From contig JAGVFW010000003.1 in the NCBI GenBank assembly GCA_020057405.1, positions 32,001 to 96,000 of the forward strand: 64,000 nucleotides of DNA. The letters are read 5' to 3'. Both the position numbers and the translations under genes were made by a program. The DNA is from an archaeon (GTDB lineage: Archaea > Micrarchaeota > Micrarchaeia > Norongarragalinales > UBA97). Positions 38,127-47,766 of the stretch are shown one piece after another. Under the pieces are notes generated by a model, which searched no databases, was not told the origin of the DNA, and saw only the letters and a list, made by a program, of their open reading frames with translations. The first letter of the stretch is position 1. Each line of letters starts with the position of its first letter.

Positions 38127-41069
38127 TTAGCGTGGGACGATGACGTTGTGCATTCCAAGCGCCCAGGCGGGCGAGCCGGGTTGCAGGGTGTAGTCGTCGG
38201 CACTCGGGTTGGTGAAGAGCGGGTCGGCGATTACCGAGTCGGCGTCATAGCCAAACGCGTTCCACTGGGCCCAGGTGTAATGGCCGTTGGCTCCGCCGTG
38301 CCATGATGCTTCGGGATCGAGAACCGACACAGTGCCGCCGCCGTTCCAAATCAGGTTCTTGCTAAAGCGCGTGTTTGCAGTGCCGACAATGTGGCGCACC
38401 CAATAGAGGTTGGCAGTCGGGTGTCCCGGGTAGTAGACGATGTTGCGCTCAAAGCGGTTGTTTTCGTAGACCGTATTGTTCGCCATTGTCGCGGGGTTGG
38501 GCGCGTTTACCAAAAGCGGGTAATGCGAATAGTATTTTGCGGTGTCGAATCCCCAGCCGGTCATGTTTTGCAGTTCATTCCACATGCCAATGTAGTAAAC
38601 GAAAATGCTCGGCGGGCCCCACTCGCCTTGTGCGTACATGCCGTCGTAGATTCCCTCGACACCGATGTTGTCGTGGATGTAGTTGTCGCGGCCGGCGTGG
38701 ATTTGCGCGAACCCTGAGCCCGTCCTTGCGACGACGTTGTCGTTGATTTCAAATTCGCTTGAAAAGTCATCCGGGTAGATGCCCCAGCTGAAGCCCGGGT
38801 ATTGATAGGTGTTGGTTTGGCTCTTGTACTCGTAGCCGCCCAGGTCGTGGATGAAATTGTGGCGGACGGTGGTGTTGCGGTAGAGCCAGCTGCGGGAGAG
38901 AAATCCGATGCCGCCGGTGTCCTGCGTCTCGCGGTTGAGGTTGTAGACGTGGTTCCACTCGATTACGTTGTCGTTGCCCTGGCCGCCTATTGCAATTCTA
39001 GGCGTGTCGCGTATGGTGTTGTTGGCAATCACGATGCCGACTGCGCGGTAACTGATGGCGGCAGTTGCCTTGTTCAGCGTGCCGGTGTTGTAAATCGAGT
39101 TTCTCAATATACGGTAGTTGCCGGGGGTGAGGGTCTTGAAGTGGTACGCCTCTTGCGAACGGTCCTGGCCAGGCAGCCATGTGCCCCAACCGCTTTGCAA
39201 GTCTATGGCTGAACCGCCAGTGTCGTGAATAGTGTTGTCGGTAAACTCAAGGTTGTAGAAGTTAGTGTCCTGGCTCGGGTCGGAATAGGCTTCGATGCCC
39301 TTGCCGGTCAGGAAGGGCCCGCCGTTTGGCCGCGAGTTTTCGTTGTTGGCAATGTTGCGAATTTCGCTGTTGCGGATTGTGATGTCGTGGGCGTTCTTGA
39401 TTGTGAAGCCCTGGGCGCGGAATTCTTCTAGGGTGAGGCCGTTGAATTCGAGGTGGTGCGTGCCGGTGTCGACGAAAATACCCAGCGTTGTTGACGGCAC
39501 TGAGGCGCGGTCGTTTGTTGAATAAGCCGACGGCGGATAGACGTAGAGCTTTTGTACAGTGCTGTCGTAGAACCACTCACCTGGAACGTCAAGCGCTGCT
39601 CGCACGTGCTGGATGTAGAAGCGGTTGCCTTTGAGGATCGTGTAAGATGCGCCGGTGCCCCACTCAAGCAACCTAAGCGAGCCGTTTGAAGAGTCAACGC
39701 GCTCTAGCTTGCCAATGCCGTTCCAGTAGTTGGGGCCAGTGTAAATCACAAGCTGGCTGTTCTGCATTTGCCACGAGCTGGAGTCAAAAGCGTTTGGCTG
39801 GAACAGCACGAGCTTGTCGCTGATGTTGGTTGAGGCGCTTGCTAGCACGAAAGAGCCTGCCCACGGGTCTGTTTGACCGAAGTTTGGAGTAACGGCGTTT
39901 GGATAGCGCGCGGGTTCGAGAAGTTTTCCGTTCCAGAAGAGAACTAGCTGGCCGTTGGTGAAAACTGACGGTGCGACTGTAGCCTCGTAAACGTTCGATT
40001 GAGAGGACGGACTGAATGCAGTGATTGAATTGCTTCCGCGAAGGATTGGCGTTTCGCCGTAGTAGTTGCGCCAAATTATGCGGTAGCCGCTCTTGCCCGA
40101 GTCAGTTGCGGCGTAGAGGCTCAGTTGGCTTGCGAGATTGTAGGCGCCGCCTCGCAGAAATATGACGACGTTTTTCGTCATTCCTGAGGTGATGTTGGTG
40201 CGGACGGTAGTTTGGGCTTTTGAGAGTGTTAGGAAGGGTGCGGTTAGGGTGCCGGGGTTGGTGTCGCTGCCGTTTGTTGCAACGTAGAAGAATACGGTTG
40301 AGTCGCAGGCATCCCCAACGCCATTGCCGTCGGCGTCCCATTGGTTTGCGTTGGAGGTTGTGGGGCAGTTGTCGAGTGAGTCGGGGATGCCGTCGCCATC
40401 GGAATCGGGCAAGGGCGTTGGAGTTGGCGTTGGGGAACCATTCGGGGTTGGTGTCGGAGAACCGTTTGGAGTTGGCGATGGCGTGGGAGTGCCGCTTGGT
40501 GTCGGGGTGGGCGAACCCTGCGGTCCTGGAGTCGGCGTTGCCGTCGGTAGAGGAGTCGGCGAGGGCCTTGGCGTGACTATGGGTTCGGTTGAGTTAACGC
40601 AATTGGTTGCATCGACAATTTGCGCACCGCTGCACGCTGCGACGCACTCGTTAAAGTAAGTCCGACCGTCATTGCCGCAGACCGGCGTGTAGACGCTTGG
40701 GCAAGCGCAGGGGTCGGGCGTAGGCGTTGCCGTCGGCACCGGAGTCGGCTGGACTGAAGGCATTGGCGTGGGCGATGGGCTGGGCGTGACGATTGGCGTT
40801 GAGAACATATCGACTCCACGCAAGCCGAATAAGCTTTCGCCCAGCTCGCGAATTTTGGCCGCAACTTTCTCTTGCGCGCCGACCACGTGCTCAGCAGCGG
40901 TGACGACGGGAGTGTATTCGGCTTGCGTTGGCGGGGACGAGACGACGAAAAACGAGCCAGCCATTACAACGTAAGCGAGAACGGCGATTAGGAAAACGAT
41001 TGTAAACGCGGATGAAACGCCTTCGCCGAGCTTGCCTTTGATTGCAGCCAGCTCTTCCCCCAAGTTCAC
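38127..41069 (-). CDS. Membrane-anchored surface protein: PT linker, Kazal, TSP3 repeat, right-handed beta-helix (paralog A)
   Basis: CPSVYTPVCGNDGRTYFNEC; DSDGDGIPDSLDNCP...DACD; YVATNGSDTNPGT, LRGG, PGEWFYD, DTGGI, GIYPDD. Confidence 0.82.
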   Translation of the reverse strand: MNLGEELAAIKGKLGEGVSSAFTIVFLIAVLAYVVMAGSFFVVSSPPTQAEYTPVVTAAEHVVGAQEKVAAKIRELGESLFGLRGVDMFSTPIVTPSPSPTPMPSVQPTPVPTATPTPDPCACPSVYTPVCGNDGRTYFNECVAACSGAQIVDATNCVNSTEPIVTPRPSPTPLPTATPTPGPQGSPTPTPSGTPTPSPTPNGSPTPTPNGSPTPTPTPLPDSDGDGIPDSLDNCPTTSNANQWDADGNGVGDACDSTVFFYVATNGSDTNPGTLTAPFLTLSKAQTTVRTNITSGMTKNVVIFLRGGAYNLASQLSLYAATDSGKSGYRIIWRNYYGETPILRGSNSITAFSPSSQSNVYEATVAPSVFTNGQLVLFWNGKLLEPARYPNAVTPNFGQTDPWAGSFVLASASTNISDKLVLFQPNAFDSSSWQMQNSQLVIYTGPNYWNGIGKLERVDSSNGSLRLLEWGTGASYTILKGNRFYIQHVRAALDVPGEWFYDSTVQKLYVYPPSAYSTNDRASVPSTTLGIFVDTGTHHLEFNGLTLEEFRAQGFTIKNAHDITIRNSEIRNIANNENSRPNGGPFLTGKGIEAYSDPSQDTNFYNLEFTDNTIHDTGGSAIDLQSGWGTWLPGQDRSQEAYHFKTLTPGNYRILRNSIYNTGTLNKATAAISYRAVGIVIANNTIRDTPRIAIGGQGNDNVIEWNHVYNLNRETQDTGGIGFLSRSWLYRNTTVRHNFIHDLGGYEYKSQTNTYQYPGFSWGIYPDDFSSEFEINDNVVARTGSGFAQIHAGRDNYIHDNIGVEGIYDGMYAQGEWGPPSIFVYYIGMWNELQNMTGWGFDTAKYYSHYPLLVNAPNPATMANNTVYENNRFERNIVYYPGHPTANLYWVRHIVGTANTRFSKNLIWNGGGTVSVLDPEASWHGGANGHYTWAQWNAFGYDADSVIADPLFTNPSADDYTLQPGSPAWALGMHNVIVPR

Positions 41070-41112
41070 CTAGGAGTAACGCAAGCGGAATTTAAGAAAT
41101 GAATGGCCAGCA

Positions 41113-42060
41113 TTAACGCGCCGCAAGAGGCTTGGCGAAATCCTTGCTTACTGAGGCCAGGTATTCCTCGATGTTCTTTCGCGTAGTCACCCACGCCCTG
41201 CCGCGCTTGAGTGCGTTGAGCCGGCCTTTCCTTGCAAGGAGGCTTAGGTATTCCTGGCTGTAGGGAGTGAGCTTTGCGGCATCTGAGAGTGAAATGAGGC
41301 CGGTTTTTTCGGATGGCTTTTCCAGGACTTCAAGGTAGAGGTCAAGCGAGCGTTCCACACTCCTTGCAACCAGTTCAACAAATGATCCGAAGGTTCCCGT
41401 GCGGGCGGCGTCAAGCGAAGAGTAGTAGCGGGGCCGATCGCCCTTTAGGATAACCGCGGGGGGAAAGCCGTGACGCATTAGAAAGAGGTTCGTCAGCAAC
41501 CGGGCCGTTCGGCCGTTGCCGTCAACGAACGGGTGGATGTCAACTAGCTTGAAGTGCGCGAGGGCCGCGAATTCAACTGATTCAAGCAAGCCGCGGGGCT
41601 CGGCCTTCAAAAACTTGACGAACTCCGTCATCAAGTGCGGCACTTTTTCGGGCGAGGGCGGAGTAAACTCCGAGCCCGTGATGCGTACGCGCTCGCGGCG
41701 GTAAAATCCGGCTCCGTGCGGGTCGATGCGGTCAAGCACGAGCGCGTGAATCTCAAGCACGTCAGCCTCGGAAATGCTCTTTTTCTTGAGCAGGCCATTG
41801 ACGAAGTCTATCGCGGCCTTATGGTTCGTCACTTCCAAGTGCTCGCGCATGCTCTTGCCCCCCACCGTAATGCCATCCCTAAGTACCAGCATCGTCTCGC
41901 GCAAAGTAAGCGAATTGCCTTCAATCGCGTTGGAATGGTAAGTCCACTCTAGCTCGAACCTCTCGCGAAGCTTTTCGAGCGACGCCGGAGGAATCGGCCT
42001 CAGCGCGTCAAGCCTCCGCCGCTTCTCCAAAATCCGCCCGGCAAGAACTGCTGGAATCAT
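41113..42060 (-). CDS. Fic-domain protein with C-terminal HTH
   Basis: SNAIEGN, HPFVDGNGRTAR; C-terminal YSQEYLSLLARKG. Confidence 0.92.
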   Translation of the reverse strand: MIPAVLAGRILEKRRRLDALRPIPPASLEKLRERFELEWTYHSNAIEGNSLTLRETMLVLRDGITVGGKSMREHLEVTNHKAAIDFVNGLLKKKSISEADVLEIHALVLDRIDPHGAGFYRRERVRITGSEFTPPSPEKVPHLMTEFVKFLKAEPRGLLESVEFAALAHFKLVDIHPFVDGNGRTARLLTNLFLMRHGFPPAVILKGDRPRYYSSLDAARTGTFGSFVELVARSVERSLDLYLEVLEKPSEKTGLISLSDAAKLTPYSQEYLSLLARKGRLNALKRGRAWVTTRKNIEEYLASVSKDFAKPLAAR

Positions 42061-42186
42061 AACAACAATTAGACGATACCGATATTTAAGCCTATCCGAT
42101 AATTAAAGTATCGGAATGCGCGAAGTATCGGATATGCCCCACGCGAGCCGTTGCTTCAGGTAAACTGCTCAAAAACTCGGGGCCCG

Positions 42187-43182
42187 TTAATCCCACTTGA
42201 GCGAGCCGGCAGTCTGGTATTCGGTGACGCGCGTCTCGAAGAAGTTCTTTTCTTTCGGGAGGTCGGCGGACTGGCTCATCCATGGAAACGGGTTTTCAGT
42301 GTTGTAGGCCTTTGGCAGGCCGATGCGCTCGAAGCGGCGGTCGGCGATGTACTCGACGTAGGCGGCGAACTGGTCTGAGCGGATGCCGACGATGCCGTCG
42401 GGGCAGGCTTCGTAGGCGTACTTCTTCTCAAGCTCGACGGCCTTCTTGATTAGCTCAATGATGTTCTTCTCGAAAGCCGGAGTCCACACTCTTGGGTTCT
42501 CGGCCTTGATCGTGTTGATGAGGTCGCAGCCGTAGGCCAGGTGCAGGCTCTCGTCGCGCATGATGTACTCGAACTGCTCGCCTATGCCGATCATCTTGTT
42601 CTGGCGCTTTAGTGCAAGCATCATGGCGAAGCCCGCGTAGAAGAAAATGCCTTCCATGATGACGTAGTAGCCGACGAGGTCGTGGAGGAAGAGCCGGATG
42701 TTCTCGTCGCTGTCTGTCAAGAAGGTCGGGTCGAAAATGCTCTTGGTCAACTCGACGACGTAATCGTCTTTCGCCTTGATGCAGGGGATGGTGTTGTACA
42801 TGTTGTAAATCGTGTCCGGGTCAAGGCCAAGCGTGTCACAACAATAGATGAAAGTGTCAGTGTGGACTGCCTCCTCATAAGCCTGGCGCAGCATGTATTG
42901 CCTGCATTCCGGATTTGTCACGTGGCGGTAGACGGCGAGCACGATGTTGTTTGCGGTAAGCGACTCGGCGGTTGAGAAGAAGCCCAGGTTCCACAGGATG
43001 AGCTTGCGTTCCTCCGGCGAAAGGACTTTAGGCGACTTCCACTGCTCGACGTCCTTTTGCATTGACACTTCTTCCGGGGTCCAGTTGTTTGCGATGCCGT
43101 CCTTGTAGTACTTGCGCGCCCAAAGGTAGGACATCGGGAGAATCTTGTTCGGGTCGGTCTTGCTGTTGTTGATTATGGGCAT
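42187..43182 (-). CDS. nrdB: Ribonucleotide reductase R2 subunit, class Ic (Mn/Fe)-type signature
   Basis: FFSTAES, EEAVHTDTF, EGIFFY, RDESLH, EKNFFETRVTEY. Confidence 0.93.
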   Translation of the reverse strand: MPIINNSKTDPNKILPMSYLWARKYYKDGIANNWTPEEVSMQKDVEQWKSPKVLSPEERKLILWNLGFFSTAESLTANNIVLAVYRHVTNPECRQYMLRQAYEEAVHTDTFIYCCDTLGLDPDTIYNMYNTIPCIKAKDDYVVELTKSIFDPTFLTDSDENIRLFLHDLVGYYVIMEGIFFYAGFAMMLALKRQNKMIGIGEQFEYIMRDESLHLAYGCDLINTIKAENPRVWTPAFEKNIIELIKKAVELEKKYAYEACPDGIVGIRSDQFAAYVEYIADRRFERIGLPKAYNTENPFPWMSQSADLPKEKNFFETRVTEYQTAGSLKWD

Positions 43183-43221
43183 TTTTCACACCTTTTGATT
43201 GAGTTAATATTTTGGGTAAAA

Positions 43222-46212
43222 CTACTGGCAGGCTTCGCATTCGGGGTCGCCCACGCACACGAGGCCTGCATTCTTTGCGGCCGGGTCAAACTTGCCTTCT
43301 GCGGCCAGCTTCTTGGCTGCCATCTCAAGTGCGTTAGGAGCGCGGAACTCGGGTGCGGCTTGGCCTTGCTCGACTGCGGGCTGGACTACGGGCCTTGACA
43401 CTGCGCCTTCCATCACGGTGGTCCTGCCGGCGCCCTCCATTGCCATCATTGGCGCGCGGCGGGAGGCGGCGACGTCGACTGCAACTTGCGCAGAGGCGAG
43501 TGCCGTTGCGCCCGCGTCTTGCGCAACTGTCGCGTACTCGCGCTTTTGCGTGAAACCGTATTTCGTGTCTAGCGTTGACTTCTCGATTTGCGATGCGGCG
43601 AGGGTGCGCAGGTAGTAAGTCGTCTTCAGGCCCGCGTGCCATGCTGCAAAGTAAGTGTCGTCAAGCGCCTTGCCTGTTGCCCCGCCCATGAATATGTTGA
43701 GCGACTGGCTCTGGTCAATCCACTTGCCCCTAACGGCCGCGTGCTTGATGAGGCACTCGGACTCTACTTCAAACGCTTCCTTGTACTTTTCTTTGAGCTC
43801 TTTTGGAACGCCGGGGATGAGTTGGATGCTGCCGTCGTAGTACTTGAGTTGCTCAAGCATTTCGGTGTTCCACAGGCCCATGCCTTTTAGGTCCTCGACG
43901 AGGCCGGAGTTCACTATGGTGAACTCGCCGCTGATGTTGGCCTTCACATAGATGTTTTTGTAGATGGGCTCGATTGAGGGAAGGCAGCCGGCGATGTTGG
44001 AGATTGTCGCAGTCGGGGCGATTGCCATGGTGTTCGAGTTGCGCATGCCGTGCTTTCGCACGCTCTCGCGGACGGGAGTCCAGTCAAGCGACTCGTTTCG
44101 GTTGACTTCGACTTTCATGCCGCGCTCTTCCTCAAGCAATTGAAGGGTGTCAAGGGGGAATAGCCCCCGGTCCCACTTGCTGCCCTGATAGGATTCGTAG
44201 GTGCCGCGCTCTTTGGCAAGCTCGCTTGAAGCGAGGATGGCGTGGTAGGCGATGAATTCCATCATGTTGTCGGAAAACTCGATTGCCGCGGGCGAGTCAA
44301 AGGACAAATCCATTGCATAGAGGCTGTCTTGGAAGCCCATGATGCCTAAGCCGACTGGCCGGTGGCGCATGTTTGAGACTTTAGCCTCCGGAGTTGGGTA
44401 GTAGTTTACGTCAATGACGTTGTCCAGCATGCGCATGCCGGTCTTGGTGGTCGCCGCGAGAAGCTCGCGGTCGAGCTTGCTGCCATCCAGGTGGCGGGAG
44501 AGGTTGATTGAACCCAGGTTGCACACTGCAGTCTCTTCGGCCGAGGTGTTGAGCGTGATTTCAGTGCACAAGTTGCTGGAGTGCACCACGCCGGCGTGGT
44601 CCTGCGGCGAACGGATGTTGCACGGGTCCTTGAAAGTTACCCACGGGTGGCCGGTCTCGAAGAGGCGCGTTAGCATTTTCCGCCAGAGCTGGCGGGCTGA
44701 GAGGACTTTGTGCTTCTTGATTTGGCCGTTGCGGGCTTTTTCCTCGTAGCCTAGGTACTGGCTTTCGAACTTGCTTCCGTAAATGTGGTGCAGGTCGGGC
44801 ACTTCCTCTGGGGAAAAGAGCGTCCAGGTCTCGTCTGCGGCAACGCGCTTCATGAAGAGGTCGGGAATCCAGTTGGCCGTGTTCATGTCGTGCGTTCGGC
44901 GGCGCTCGTCGCCAGTGTTGCGGCGCAGGTCGAGGAAGTCCTCTATGTCAAGGTGCCACGTCTCGAGGTAGGCGCATGTCGCTCCGCGTCTCTTGCCGCT
45001 TCGGTTGATGGCGACAGTCACGTCGTTGGCGATTTTGAGGAATGGGATTACGCCCTGGCTCTCGACTTTGGTGCTTTTTATCCACGAGCCGGTCGCTCGG
45101 ATGTTGCTCCAGTCGTTGCCAAGCCCTCCGCTCCACTTCGAGAGCTGCGCGTTGTCGCCGAAGCTCTTGAAAATGTCGGTCAAGTCGTCGCTCACGGTGG
45201 TGAGATAACAAGAGGAGAGCTGCGGCCGCGCGGTTCCCGAGTGGAAGAGCGTCGGGGTCGAGGGGACGAAACGCATGAGAGAAATTGCGTCGTAGAACTC
45301 GAGTGCCTTTGCTTCCTTGTGCTTCTCGTTTAGGGACAGGCCCATTGCTACGCGCATCCAGAATGACTGCGGGAGTTCGGCGCGCTTGCCGGCGACGCTG
45401 AAGAAGTACCGCTCGTAGAGAGTCTGGATGCCGATGTATTGGAAGAGCGCGTCGCGGCCGGGAACTAGCCCGCCGGCCATCTTGTCGAGGTCGAAATCGA
45501 GCATGCGCTTGTCGAGTGTGCCCTCGTCGACGCCGGCGAGGATGCCTTTTGCGAACGCCGTGCGGTATGCCGCTTCCATTTCCTCGTCCTTGATTGAGCG
45601 GCCGATGACTTCCTTGTAGAGCTTTTGGAGAAATAGGTTGGCGGACAGGTAGCTATAGGCCGGGTCGCGCTCGATGAAGGAAATGCTTGAGAGGATGAGG
45701 GTCTTCTCTAGCTCGTCGGTTGAAATGCCGTCGTAGACGTTTTTCAGCGCCTCTTTTGAGACGAGCTCGACTGAAACGGCATCGCCAAGCGTGCGGCTGG
45801 AGCGGGCGATTGATGCGTTGAGCTTCATGATGTCGAAGATGACGGTCGCACCGTCGCGCTTTCGCACGCGCAGCTTGCCGAGAAGCGATTTGCGGACGTT
45901 CTGCTGCTTTTCTTCCTCGCGCTGGTCGTGGCGCTTGGCGCGGTAGAGGATGTAGCCTTTTGCGACTTCGTAGAGGCCCTTTTGGACCAAGTGTTTTTCG
46001 ACTAAATCCTGGATGTTCTCGACGTTGGGGTAAAAGTCGGTGAAGCGCCGCTGGACTTCGGTTGTTATTTCGGAAGTGATTTCGTCAACCGCGCCCGGGG
46101 GCAGGTCGGTCTGGGTTGCTGAAACTGCTTTCGAGATTGCGCTCTTGATTCGGTTAGCGTCAAAATCAACTACTTCGCCAGTTCTCCTGACGACCATCAT
46201 TCCGCCGTTCAT
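43222..46212 (-). CDS. nrdA: Ribonucleotide reductase R1 subunit with two ATP-cones
   Basis: VVRRTG and VRKRDG cones; PQLSSC, SNLCTEI, VCNLGS, APTATIS, KTTYY, CEACQ. Confidence 0.95.
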   Translation of the reverse strand: MNGGMMVVRRTGEVVDFDANRIKSAISKAVSATQTDLPPGAVDEITSEITTEVQRRFTDFYPNVENIQDLVEKHLVQKGLYEVAKGYILYRAKRHDQREEEKQQNVRKSLLGKLRVRKRDGATVIFDIMKLNASIARSSRTLGDAVSVELVSKEALKNVYDGISTDELEKTLILSSISFIERDPAYSYLSANLFLQKLYKEVIGRSIKDEEMEAAYRTAFAKGILAGVDEGTLDKRMLDFDLDKMAGGLVPGRDALFQYIGIQTLYERYFFSVAGKRAELPQSFWMRVAMGLSLNEKHKEAKALEFYDAISLMRFVPSTPTLFHSGTARPQLSSCYLTTVSDDLTDIFKSFGDNAQLSKWSGGLGNDWSNIRATGSWIKSTKVESQGVIPFLKIANDVTVAINRSGKRRGATCAYLETWHLDIEDFLDLRRNTGDERRRTHDMNTANWIPDLFMKRVAADETWTLFSPEEVPDLHHIYGSKFESQYLGYEEKARNGQIKKHKVLSARQLWRKMLTRLFETGHPWVTFKDPCNIRSPQDHAGVVHSSNLCTEITLNTSAEETAVCNLGSINLSRHLDGSKLDRELLAATTKTGMRMLDNVIDVNYYPTPEAKVSNMRHRPVGLGIMGFQDSLYAMDLSFDSPAAIEFSDNMMEFIAYHAILASSELAKERGTYESYQGSKWDRGLFPLDTLQLLEEERGMKVEVNRNESLDWTPVRESVRKHGMRNSNTMAIAPTATISNIAGCLPSIEPIYKNIYVKANISGEFTIVNSGLVEDLKGMGLWNTEMLEQLKYYDGSIQLIPGVPKELKEKYKEAFEVESECLIKHAAVRGKWIDQSQSLNIFMGGATGKALDDTYFAAWHAGLKTTYYLRTLAASQIEKSTLDTKYGFTQKREYATVAQDAGATALASAQVAVDVAASRRAPMMAMEGAGRTTVMEGAVSRPVVQPAVEQGQAAPEFRAPNALEMAAKKLAAEGKFDPAAKNAGLVCVGDPECEACQ

Positions 46213-46240
46213 AATCCCCCACCCCAGACCTATAAACAAA

Positions 46241-46732
46241 TTACTGCGATTTTACGATTGCAATTTCCTTCTCTTCCCGCTTGAGCTCGCGCAAGGCCTT
46301 CTCAAACTCGCTCACGTCGGCAAACTCGCGGTAAACGGATGCAAAGCGGATGTAGGCGACCTTATCAAGCGCCTTTAGGTGCGCCATCACCTTTTCCCCA
46401 ACCTGGGCGCTTGCGACTTCCTCGGACTCGCTGCCAAAGCGGAGTTCGGCCTCGATTTCTGCAACAGTCTGGTCAACTTGCTCCATGCTGACTGGACGCT
46501 TGTGACAGGCCTCAACCAGGCCCTTTCGCAGCTTTAGGGGTGAAAACGTCTCGCGCCGGCCGTCTTTTTTGATGACGACTAAGTCGGGCGCCTCGACACG
46601 CTCGTAAGTGGTAAAACGCTTGCCGCAAGCCTCGTTTAGGCACTCCCGTCTGCGGCGGTTTGTTACCTCTCCCTCGGCCTCTCTTTTGTCGAGAACCCGC
46701 GTTTCAACGTGCAAACAAAACGGACATTTCAT
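46241..46732 (-). CDS. nrdR: Transcriptional repressor NrdR
   Basis: MKCPFC, RRRREC, KRFTTYE, VIKKDG, VAYIRFASVY; start reassigned to 46732. Confidence 0.95.
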   Translation of the reverse strand: MKCPFCLHVETRVLDKREAEGEVTNRRRRECLNEACGKRFTTYERVEAPDLVVIKKDGRRETFSPLKLRKGLVEACHKRPVSMEQVDQTVAEIEAELRFGSESEEVASAQVGEKVMAHLKALDKVAYIRFASVYREFADVSEFEKALRELKREEKEIAIVKSQ

Positions 46733-46775
46733 GTAAATTCCCCACCAACATGGCACACGCCAAACAAGTGCCCCA

Positions 46776-46823
46776 AAACCACCAGTTGTGCCATACAACT
46801 TAATGAAACACAAGCTTTTGTGG
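46776..46823. promoter_or_regulatory. Candidate pair of NrdR boxes
   Basis: ACACAAGCTTTTGTGG (46808-46823) and weaker AAACCACCAGTTGTGC (46776-46791), 32 bp apart, between the TATA and the nrdR start. Confidence 0.5.
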
Positions 46824-47013
46824 TTTTGCGTCATTCTCAACGCTATTCTAGTTTAAATAAGTTTCGGCTTTCTTCAAGAATATCCCGCCGTTTTAGGGAA
46901 AAACGCGTAGTGCTTTGGTGCGTACGAGAAGTTTGGCGGTTAGGCGCCGATGCTCACTCGGACAAGGTACGGGCGCAAGCAATGGTAAAGTTTATTAATG
47001 GTATTTTTTATAA

Positions 47014-47250
47014 ATGGTAGGTGGTTTTGTGGAGAATGTGAGTGTTGACAAGTCGGGCCGCTTCGTTATTCCAAAGAAGGTGCGAGCCGAGTTTGACACC
47101 AACGTGTTTTCAGTAGAGGTGGAGAAAGACGCCATTGTCTTGCGGCCGAAGAAGGGCCTTAGGGGACTTTTTGGCACGTTTCCGGACCTCGACATGAAGG
47201 AATTCGAGAAATGGAAGAGGGAGGAAGTAGAACGTGAGAATTCTTCTTGA
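47014..47250 (+). CDS. vapB: AbrB/MazE-type antitoxin
   Basis: VDKSGRFVIPKKVR...IVLRP; overlaps the PIN gene. Confidence 0.85.
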   Translation: MVGGFVENVSVDKSGRFVIPKKVRAEFDTNVFSVEVEKDAIVLRPKKGLRGLFGTFPDLDMKEFEKWKREEVERENSS

Positions 47251-47608
47251 CGCTTGGGCCATCCTTGAACTCATCAAGGGCAGCGACAAGGGCGCAAAAG
47301 TGGAAGAAATCGTGCGCGATAGCACGCTTGCCTGCACCACTTCCCTAAATCTCTACGAAGCGAAATACAAGCTTACCGGCCGGTACGGCGAGGCCAGAAT
47401 CGACAAAATGCTCGATGAAGTCAGGGCAACAACCCAAATCCTCCCAATCACCGAAGAAGCCGCGCTTGCGGCAGCGGAAGTAAAGCTGCAGCAAAAGCAG
47501 CTAAGCGCAGTTGACTGCAACGCTTATGCTGTCGCCCGGCTCCACAAACTAGAATTCGTTACAGGCGACAAGGGTTTTACCGGACTCGAAGGCGTCGTGC
47601 TGGTCTAA
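47234..47608 (+). CDS. vapC: PIN-domain toxin
   Basis: ILLDAWA, NLYE, LSAVD, VTGDKGF; stop codon is part of repeat R1. Confidence 0.9.
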   Translation: MRILLDAWAILELIKGSDKGAKVEEIVRDSTLACTTSLNLYEAKYKLTGRYGEARIDKMLDEVRATTQILPITEEAALAAAEVKLQQKQLSAVDCNAYAVARLHKLEFVTGDKGFTGLEGVVLV

Positions 47609-47620
47609 GTGCAGGGGGAG
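47603..47620 (+). repeat. Junction repeat R1
   Basis: GTCTAAGTGCAGGGGGAG, then hairpin GACTCTAG-N7-CTAGAGTC. Confidence 0.9.
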
Positions 47621-47766
47621 CGACTCTAGCTTCTTACTAGAGTCTGAAGCACCGGGCAGTTAACCCCACAAAACGTTGTTTTTTATGCATGCCAAACAAT
47701 CGCGCCCCTCTAGGCGTAGTCACTTAGAACGATTAATTTAAATAGGCGTAGTCACCTATTACTACT

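Noticed and set aside
40324-40800. GVGVG-type antisense ORFs here and at about 17.4, 53.0 and 63.1 kb
   Set aside because: Shadows of Pro/Thr linker codons on the coding strand.
46733-46840. N-terminal extensions of nrdR (also glmS, ribK, LOG) in the ORF track
   Set aside because: Conserved family starts lie downstream; the extensions cover promoter or operator DNA or the neighbouring gene.
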